Origin: Syncephalis fuscata S228
Lineage: Eukaryota; Fungi; Zoopagomycota
Direction of reading: 5' to 3'
Assembly: GCA_025786725.1 (NCBI GenBank)
Contig: JAHLTZ010000009.1
Span: 310,001-374,000 of the forward strand
DNA: 64,000 nt
Part shown: positions 54,515 through 64,000 of the stretch, piece after piece
Numbering within the stretch: the stretch's first letter is position 1
Layout: each line of letters starts with the position of its first letter
The notes under the pieces: model-generated
Databases searched by the model: none
What the model was told of the DNA's origin: nothing
Seen by the model: only the letters and a program-made list of their open reading frames with translations
Program-made: the position numbers and the translations under genes

Positions 54515-57500
54515 GATCAGTAAGCATAGAGTGGCCGTCAACAGATGGTGTGTGTATGTGCCTAGTTGGTTAACTACTATAGTTATGATAGCTAAAAGTG
54601 TAATCACAAGCTTGCCCACTTATTTAGTTATAAAGATGAAGACTGCCCTGTATCGGGAGTACATATAGAGAAGGCGAAAGAGAGACAGAGAGAAAGACAG
54701 AGAGAGAGAGAGAGATGAGTACAGAAGTAAAGATAGACTATACAACAAACTACTAGATCATTAAAATAAATATAAAGCGAAAGAAAGCGAACTAACAGAA
54801 TAAATAAGCGGGCCTGTGCATGTCTATAATAGACACATGAAACACGACTGGCGTGAATAAACGTGATTCTCCATTTGAGTACATGCCAAGAGTTTACATA
54901 GAATTAAACTGTTATGCATATCTATCCACTATCTATGTATTTATTTATTTGTTATACTATTATTTATAAAAATCTATTGATAAATGTCCAAGTGAATAGA
55001 AATAATTGTGAGTATTTATACGTCATTCATATTTCATTCTACGCAATACTGTCAATGTTAGATTTGACGAGTGTCACAAGTATCGTTTAAATCAACACGA
55101 ATAATCCATGCCCACATCCATGTCCGTCCACAATCTCTTTGTAAACCTGTTCGAAGTGTTACGGTTATATTATTTGATGTAGGTGCATTACTAGGTGTAT
55201 TTATATTACTATCAATAGACGGTATGGTACTGTTATTAGAACAGGACGGCGTTGGTGTCTTTTCGGACTGTGAAACGCTAACAGGCGTTGAAAGTCCTTT
55301 AAATCGATTAGTAAGCACGAGTATCGTTATTATCAAATAGTTACTCGTTCATTTACCTAAACTGCAATAACCAAGTAATGTTTTGGTTGTGGCACAAAGT
55401 AGAGCATTACCAAGGTAAATGATGCTTTGAATAAACATACTGAATAGACAAATGATGGAATAGAATGCTGTCTATACAGCAATACTATTTAGCATTTTAT
55501 AGTCTGTTGATACTTATCTATCATATATTTATTATATGATATAGTATATAAATACATTTGATTAACAATAATTTATATAATACTATTTATACAAATATTA
55601 ATGTTAATGTTAATATAACTTATGCCGAGCCATTTAATTTGATTTAAATAATAAAGACTCTTTATTACATCCTTCTACAGTAAACCCCCCGCATTATTAA
55701 ATTACAAAAAGTAGAGACATTACTATTAACAATGAATACTTATACGTATCTCCTTTACTCCCCTTTTAAAGTGTTCAATAATTGAAATTTAAAGAAAGGT
55801 TTGGCACTATCGTCACTGTCATCCGGTCATACAGTCATACGGTCATTGTGATCGCAGTATGAACCTTCTTCTTGTCAGGTCATCTCCTTTTCTTTATATT
55901 CGATCTACTATTGAATATAACCGTATTTCATCTACTATTACTTTCACATTTATTTCTATTCAATATATAGCACACATTATCGCTCTCTCTCTTTCTCTCT
56001 CTTTCTTTTTCTCTCTCTCTCTCTGCGTATTGATACGAGAAAGCAGTGGCAGGTCAATGACATGTATGAGTAAATCATCCATTGGCACATTTACTTTCAT
56101 TCTCCTCTTAAACTTGTACCAACCTTTCATTTTATTAACCTTTTTTATCACAGCAACACACACACACAACTTTACCACATACTTTTCTTTTATTTGAATC
56201 TATTAAGCCGTATTAACTTTGGTTTAACGGCTTACTATTCTATCATTACGTTTCTGTCTTTTGTTTGTTCGTTTGTCTATTCATTTGTTCGCTTATTCTA
56301 CCTACTCTTTCGACCACTTTACTAGTTGTTTGTTACCGATCGTTACTTGGCATTGCTTACTAACACAGCGTTGTCATTTCAGCGTTGAACTGTACCGTCA
56401 TTTAACAATAACAGTAGCATTGATAACATAAAAAGAGTTGTGTTCAGCTCTATTGCAGCTATTGCAACTATTGTGTAGCTCTAACTTGATTCTCGTGCCT
56501 TTCAAGGCTTATTGCGCAACAACAAGTATTCTCTCGTTGTTTCTTGCACCACCTGGCTTGTGCGCTTTCTTTTCACTACCTGACTAGCACTCTCTCTTAC
56601 TCGTTATCAATTTCTCAAACCGCTTGTGACAACCTAACCATCTAGGCCTGTGTCGCCCGATCTATAAACTTGTGCTAGTTAACATCAACTAATTAACTAG
56701 AAGGTAGGTGTCAAGACAAACGACTTGCGATGATGTTTTGGCTTGGGCTTTGATGTTTGCACGTCACGACAAAATATTTGTCATTGGCCATGCCATAGAA
56801 TAGGCATAGGATAGCCATTCTATACATGGTTTATGGCCATATGCTTTGTTGTATGCTAGTTGTATGCTTATTCTTGTTATTGCTGTTGCTATTGCATAAC
56901 TGTATTCGTGACTATAAGCATGATCATAAACATGAAGGGTTGAACAGCATCAGTAGCAACTGCACTGGTAGTAGCTGCAGTATATCAGCACGTTATTGGA
57001 ACGATTGATGCCTTGAAAAGCATCATGCTGACTCGATGTTCTACACGCATACATCGTCAACACTCGCCGTTCTATCCTCTCATAGCATCAATAGATCTCA
57101 CTCTCCGCCTATCGTTTATTGATGGATCTATATCAAAACTGATTGTCCACAACAAAGTATGGTAATTACATTCTTTGTCATTCCACACCATTATAAACAC
57201 CACTTGATTGTTTTTTGTTTATAAGCCTATAATTAATCCACCACTATTGTTGTTATTGAAACCTGAATATGAATCAGGCGTTTGATATTTGATCACGTGG
57301 TCTATTTATTTTGTCTGGGAAACCGCATTCTCACCTTTTCTCCGCCTCAGCACCACGCTTTCGGCCAAGCTTCCTTTTTCTCTCTGCTCTCTCTCCCTTT
57401 CCTCCACGTTAAAGTCGGCATTGGTCTCGTTTTCTCTCTCTTTATTACTCTTCCATTCTCACCCACCCACTCACACTCATCTCTTACTTCCAGTCTTCTA

Positions 57501-57784
57501 AAGGCGGCACTTATTGCTGCTTCCATCTCGACGCTTTATTTTGTACTGCGTTCTGTGGTGATTCTGTCATTTCTCTCGGCGTTCATTTTTCGCATCTAGC
57601 TGTTGCGTTTCACTCCCCTCTATACATTGGTACAGTTTGGATTACCCTACCGTCTTTGTATTAGTCTTTATTTTATCGACTATCTAGGCGTTCCCTTTAC
57701 CTATTCACTTACTTGCCACCATTACTATCACAACTAACAACAACCATAACAACAACAGCAATAACAATAACAGCAATAACAATA

Positions 57785-57818
<34 letters not shown>

Positions 57819-58447
57819 TTACTACTACGCATTGTTAAACACGCTGTTTCCGTCGTTTCGTTTCTATTTTCGTCTATATTTGCCTTTCTATTTCACTTCG
57901 TTTATTAGCTTATCTGTTCGCCATTATTAGTACTACTATTATTATTATTCCACTACTACTATTATTACCGCCCTTTTACTACTCGTATTACTTTGCGGTA
58001 TAGTGTAGTTGATTAGACTGGCATTTCTAAAACCGCCACTTTTACATTCCTTTGTTTTTTTACAGCTTGCAACCGTAACGTGGTGCAACCAGTCGTTTGT
58101 TTTACGCAACTGCTTGTCTTTGACTTCCACGTGTTTACAGTGCAACCACGTGCTTGCTTTGATTTCTGATACTTTCTTAGATCTCTGCGTACTCTATCTA
58201 AACACTTTTACTCTTCTACTACAAGCTTAGATTGTAAGTAATTGTACTCTTGATCATTATAAGGGACATTTTATTGCATGGCAACATTGCTATTTCTAAA
58301 GGCCTTTGTTACACTAAGCTGAATCAGTCACAGTGATTAGCGATTGATATTGTATTACATTATAATATATTGCTTATTATTGATGCATTATACTATTTAT
58401 TGCATTAGATACTAATCTGCTATTTTATTTATAGAATCGCCGACAAT

Positions 58448-60634
58448 ATGCGTGAACAAAACTTTTGTTTTCCTGAGCAGCAACGTGCCTGCCTCACTAT
58501 CACTCCATCGCTTTATGATCGACGCGCATTGGATTGCACGGCACCGCTACCATTGCTCACCTCATTGATGCATTTATCGCTCATGACATCATCATCACAG
58601 AGAGTACGTGAAGCTTTGTCAATCGATGGTGGTCTAGAACGCCTTACAAACATACTTGAAACCACTTCACGCTCCGATCATCCAGATCGCCGCAGTGCCT
58701 GGCGTTGGATCCTTGCCTATCATTGCTTGGTCAATGTCGGTGTACGTGGATCGGAACAGATCCGCGCTCGTGTTGAACGAAGCGGCGGTGTACGAGTTAT
58801 TATTCGTGTATTAGAGAGCTATTTAAAGACACTAGAGTCGATGCGTATGGCAAGAGAGCCTGCTGCACGCAATGCACACTCTTTTTCAGCCGTTAACTTA
58901 CCAATGGTAGCGGCTACAACAACAACAATCACAACTGAAGGTGTGGTTCCAATGGAGGTAGAAGAATCATTGCATATTGATGCATCGGCCAATGCTGCTG
59001 CATCGACAGCTGCAGCAAGAGTAGCCGCTGGTATGACGACAAACACCGATGATATGGATGCAGCAAGCAATATGTTGACCGATTCATCGGTTATTGATAC
59101 CAGTATGCGTCGTTTACCTACTTGGGCAGCCAATTTAATTGCTGCACGATTACAGCAGGTAACACCACTGGCCGAATCATCAGCTGCCGCGAACGAACTT
59201 ACAACAATGCCATTATCGCTTAATGACCCTGAAGCCACAAATCAACTCTATAGCGTTGTTAATAATATTATTAACCAAGTTGATTCAGTATCTGCATCAT
59301 TCTCAAACATTGCCGCTACACAGCTTGACCGGTCACGTACACCTAATTCCATTATGGCCAATGTTCTAGATGAACCGCCATTCCGTGAAGAAGATATTTT
59401 ACTGGCATTGCAACTATTGGCCTATTTATCTAAACATCCAAGTATTCGTGATCGTTTGCATGCCAACTATTCCGTTAATGTTTTTACACTGGTCGAGCGT
59501 TTCTGTGCTCGTCATCACTCTCATACCATCCAACTATGGGCTGGTGTAGTTATGCGCAATGGATGCCGCAAGGATGATACACGCGGCGGACTTCGACGAT
59601 GTGCTTATTTGCATTGTGGTCGTTGGGAATCAAGGCCACATGAATTTGCCAAATGCCGTCGTTGCCGTAAGGCCAAATACTGCTCGAAACAGTGTCAAAG
59701 CCATGCGTGGGCAGATGGACATCGCTACTGGTGTGTAGCAAGACAGCCAACAGCCAGCACTAATGCACAAGCTAATGGCACAACGGCTATAAACGATGCT
59801 ATAAATGCTGCTACCACCACCACTACTACTACAACTACAACAACCATGGCAGGTACTGAAATCATTTTCCCAACCATTACTACAACGACCACCACCACCA
59901 CGACAGCTGCAACTAATCCTACAGCACATCATGTCACTGGTTTGATCGGCAATCCACTCAATGATCCAACACCTCATCCTTTAGTAGACATTGGCCTGAC
60001 GACAATGCCTCCGACCATTACTACAACACCAATGCCTACAGGTACGGCATTTGCCGCTGTTACCGATGATGCCGCAACTGCAAATGCCATACTGAATCGA
60101 ACTGTTGGCGCTGCAGCAACAGCTACTAATACCATTACACCTACAGTTGCTGGTATTAATCCAGCAGAGATTCGACGACAGGTACAACCAAGTCAATCCA
60201 TCATGCCACTATCAACTGCTCCCTCTTCTTCTTCCTCGTCTTCCTCTTCTCGTTATACTACAGTCGCTACTACATCATCAAGTAGTAGCATGTCTACAGC
60301 AACAATGCCACTTGTTAACAGTTTGCCGACGATTAATGGACACATCACGAATCCATCACGACCAAGCTCTGCAACGACTACAACAACCACAACTGGCACA
60401 ACTGGCACCGATGATGACGATGAAGATGATTTAATGGTAACAACACAGTCAAATGGTGTTAATGTTACAGCAAGTGTTACTTTAACGGCAGGTCATCGTA
60501 CACCGGCTGCAATGGCAGCAGTAAGTGGTACATCGTCGTCAACACATGCTACACGTAATGAATTATCGACTGAAGATGAGTTATCGACGACAGAACATGG
60601 CACTTTTCATACTAGTGCCTTTTCTTTATCTTAA
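58448..60634 (+). CDS. MUB1: MYND zinc-finger protein SamB/Mub1
   Basis: MREQNFCFP..ITPSLYDRRALDCTAPLPLL, GVVMRNGCRKDDTRGGLRRCA..CGRWE..EFAKCRRCRKAKYCSKQCQSHAW..HRYWC; Thr/Ser-rich tail. Confidence 0.93.
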   Translation: MREQNFCFPEQQRACLTITPSLYDRRALDCTAPLPLLTSLMHLSLMTSSSQRVREALSIDGGLERLTNILETTSRSDHPDRRSAWRWILAYHCLVNVGVRGSEQIRARVERSGGVRVIIRVLESYLKTLESMRMAREPAARNAHSFSAVNLPMVAATTTTITTEGVVPMEVEESLHIDASANAAASTAAARVAAGMTTNTDDMDAASNMLTDSSVIDTSMRRLPTWAANLIAARLQQVTPLAESSAAANELTTMPLSLNDPEATNQLYSVVNNIINQVDSVSASFSNIAATQLDRSRTPNSIMANVLDEPPFREEDILLALQLLAYLSKHPSIRDRLHANYSVNVFTLVERFCARHHSHTIQLWAGVVMRNGCRKDDTRGGLRRCAYLHCGRWESRPHEFAKCRRCRKAKYCSKQCQSHAWADGHRYWCVARQPTASTNAQANGTTAINDAINAATTTTTTTTTTTMAGTEIIFPTITTTTTTTTTAATNPTAHHVTGLIGNPLNDPTPHPLVDIGLTTMPPTITTTPMPTGTAFAAVTDDAATANAILNRTVGAAATATNTITPTVAGINPAEIRRQVQPSQSIMPLSTAPSSSSSSSSSRYTTVATTSSSSSMSTATMPLVNSLPTINGHITNPSRPSSATTTTTTTGTTGTDDDDEDDLMVTTQSNGVNVTASVTLTAGHRTPAAMAAVSGTSSSTHATRNELSTEDELSTTEHGTFHTSAFSLS

Positions 60635-60650
60635 ATAAGATTTAGAAAAG

Positions 60651-60692
<42 letters not shown>
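60651..60692. repeat. (TTA)n microsatellite
   Basis: About 13 perfect tta units. Confidence 0.85.
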
Positions 60693-60693
<1 letters not shown>

Positions 60694-61550
60694 TGTCGTC
60701 CTATTCTACTCGCTCCATCTTTCTCTCTCTTTCTCTCTCTCTCTCTCTATCGGTAATCGACGACCTTTTACTTGATTTAATTCCTTTAAGAATTGTATCT
60801 TGTTTATTTCGTATTTTTGCTTATTTTCTTTCTCACATTTCTTCAATGCCATTGTATTTGAAGTGGCTATCTATGTTTATCGTGGTGCGTACACACCTTC
60901 CCTTATAACGGCTACTACTACTACTACTACTCTATATTACCATTACTACTACTATTACCACTATCGTGCATCTCTAAACAAAGACGTCGATACCATTCCT
61001 ATCGATGATGGGCCGCGTCGTTTTCTGCTCGTTTTTTCCCTTTAAAAATCTTGACGATGCCACTTTTCTTCAGCATGTTATGTACGCATACCTGTTCTTT
61101 TACGTCTTTTCAGCCTTGTTTTGTTGCTATTGATGCCGTATTTCTTTCATGTTTACATCCATACTGTTTCCTTTCTTTTTTCTCTTATTAAACTACTTGC
61201 TGATCTGTTGTTATTCTGCGAGTAAAGGTTTTCTTGCTACGTATTCTTTTTCTCTCTCTCTTTTTTTAAGCGTAATTGCGCACATTAATTGTTACTTCGT
61301 TTATAAAATGTGTTTAAGCAATTATTTGTAGTCATGAAAATATTCACACTGTAATGCTAATAAAAATGTAGTATCTGTGTTTTAATGTTATATTTATTGT
61401 GTTTACACATTAATAAACATAGTAAAATAAATTAAATATCTAATGTAAGTTGATTATAATTCCAAAAAGTATTATTTTCAATATAAAAATCATGCTTAAT
61501 ATAAACACTAGTAATTCAAACGTACACTATTTATTTAAATGCATTTTGAT

Positions 61551-62848
61551 TTACCCAATCAGCTTCTTGCGTATTGATGGATCCAATAAAGTCAAAATAT
61601 TATTTGGTATTACGCAGCCCGTAGACGTGTACGTACTCAATTTTAGCATGGCTTGTGCGAGAGGTAGTAGTGCTTTTGACGCTAATCTATTCGTTTTGGC
61701 GGGATACTGCGGCACTCTACCCATTTCATCTGTATAAAGATCGCCAGGCTTGGTTGGCTGGTTGTTTAATACTGCATTCAAGTTGTCGTATAGCGTATTG
61801 CGTGGTATGTCATCTGAACCTACAAGATCACCATCAAGAAATGCACCAGTGATTGCATGGTAAATTGCTGTACTAAACTGATCATTAGCATCGTTACAAC
61901 GATGCGTATGACTAAAAGAATTCAATCTATCAAGTGTTGTAACTGGCGCTAACTGTAAGGTTTTTTCTACACTTTCATATGCAAACTCAAGGGAATCGTA
62001 ATCGACAACAGTTGTCTGCACCTTTCTGGTTTTAGGATCAACATGAACAACAATATCTAAACCAACTAATTAATGTACTGTTCTCAAACGCACTAATACC
62101 TACTTTTGGCAGCCATATCGGTATGTATAATACCCGCATGACGTAAATACAGCATACCTATATTCAATTACAATAGTTAATAATTTGTAATTCAAATATA
62201 ATAAATACTTGCCCTGCATTGCTTGATAAAATACTTGTGGTAAATATGCTGCCTTGTATTGCCAGTCTTTACCAACGATAAGCTTATCCAATGCTTCACC
62301 AGGTGCACTTGTGTAAATAAAGCAGTTATTTTTTATATTTTTAGGGAATTTAGTATCTGGAATATCAAATCGCTTTAGCGGCTGCATAACGTTATTTTTT
62401 CCTGGTATATTATATCGTGGAAGATCCTTGAGCTTAATCAATATCTAATTGTTAAGTAAGTAATATACCATATCCGTACCAACTAAATGCTTACATCAAA
62501 AGTTTTGGTTTCAGTCGTAGTTCTAATGGCACTGTGTACACATTTGATAAATGCATTAATTCCATTCCATTGTGTATAACCAAAGCTTATTTGTAAAGTT
62601 GCAGTGCTCCAGTCGACTGCTCTCGTCAATCCATGTGCTTTCAGCATTATTGGGTCATTTAAATATTGTCTACCAGCTCCGTTAGGCATAATTTTACCTA
62701 TCAAATTTGTATTTGTGTTAGTTCTAATAATGCCTGTAATGTGCGACTTACCATTAAGTTGACCCTCTATGGCATTACTTGTTGGTATGCTAGATAGTAT
62801 CATGGTCGCACAAGCAGCAGCAATAGCAAGAATACCAGTTTTAAGCAT
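61551..62848 (-). CDS. Secreted protein-kinase-like protein (signal peptide + divergent kinase motifs), multi-exon
   Basis: MLKTGILAIAAACATMILSSIPTSNA signal peptide; AFIKC (VAIK-like); spliced MLYLRHAGIIHTDMAAKNIVV (HxD..N); VVDYD (DFG-like). Confidence 0.75.
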
Positions 62849-64000
62849 ATTGAAGCAGGGGTTTGTTGTCTATGTGTGTCGTTCAAAGTGAAAGTAGAGG
62901 CATGTAATCGAGTGGTATCAGGTAAAAGAAACGAACGTGTTGAATTTTGTGGCATTCTGAAAACAGCCATTGAATACAAGTATTTATAGCCAGCTGAGTA
63001 GCGATTACTTGCAGCTCAGCTAACACTGGCTCAAAATAGAATGTTTGCTGGTGTAGAATACCAAAATAATACGCTGGGGATACAAGTATTGCTTATTTTG
63101 AATGTAGACAGTTACTAAATATGACATGGCATGTAGATTTTAATAAATTGTATACATTTGAAACGTCGGTGTTACTTGTTTCAAATTTAAACTGCTATTA
63201 AATACGGCAAAACATGATATGGCAACTAAAATAGCATAATAACATTGAGAAGAATATTCTGTTTATATTTCAACTAGCGGTAAATTTCACGCGTATAGCT
63301 ATAATAGTTGCAAACTAATTTGTAGCATTTTTGTATTTATACTGAAAATAAGTTTCATTCGCTGACATTTGATTGTATGTCAGATAATCAATGTAGCCTT
63401 TTGCATCGTGCATATAAAACGTACCACAATTATACTTGTTGCATAGTTAGGTATGTCTGATACAAGACAACAAATTGAAATGCAAAATAAACATTGGCCA
63501 AATTTGATTAAATTGTTATAACTGGATAATGATAATATATGAGCTGCATTAAGTCGATAGTATGTAATGCACCAATAGTGGCATTGGCTGCGCATTTGGC
63601 ATCTTCTATGTGTAGTTTAACCAAGTGAGTATACGATATACTCAATCAAACAATAATGCATACTACACCAATGTATAGCTACAAAAGATCAGAGTTACGT
63701 ACATGTTAAAATGATTATACGATGATGACTGAGTGTTAATATCAAAATAATATATCGCCCTTACTATTTACCATCATGTTTTTAATTTTTTAAAAAGTAT
63801 ATAGACCCTGTGTTATTTATTCGTTCTAGTGAACATGCAACTAAATAATGAATAACACCAGGAATCAAAGCACTTATATGACTTAGACAAGTGGTATTTG
63901 CTTTATTCATTTATGCTAAATATATAATTGTATACTTAATATATATATTACTGTAGTATATTAAAGTTAAAACATAATAATAGACGTTGATTGCAATTAA

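Noticed and set aside
58819-60434. Several overlapping ORFs within SamB/MUB1
   Set aside because: These are shadows of low-complexity Thr/Ala codon runs.

Overview
Intron-rich, AT-rich eukaryotic DNA with short (~50-80 nt) GT-AG introns. The gene content fits an early-diverging fungus, possibly Zoopagomycota/Syncephalis-like (inference). Housekeeping genes include IDH (3' end), a Nup2/Nup50-like nucleoporin, VPS39, MTO1, U1A/U2B'', ARPC1, a carboxylesterase, a PQ-loop transporter, PTS, seipin, an F-box protein and SamB/MUB1. They are interspersed with five paralogues of a multi-TM (7TM/GPCR-like) family, a secreted kinase-like protein and AT-rich repeats. The main discovery is at 46079-49026 (- strand). 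What looks like an ~82-bp satellite is a gene with 28 consecutive 3-nt or 6-nt micro-exons separated by homologous ~80-nt introns. Spliced by hand, it reads without a stop as a 62-aa secreted precursor, MKLSITVVCIVVVALIAATVMVDAKPALVRR-AQDPAKCERCVERCARIRRQNCAEKCKDECK*, with six Cys. An intronless paralogue at 34799-34999 shares the UTRs, signal/pro-peptide and Cys scaffold but has a different mature peptide. A 5'-truncated LINE with a 15-bp TSD sits in one intron of the array. All splice models are from manual reading and lack transcript support.
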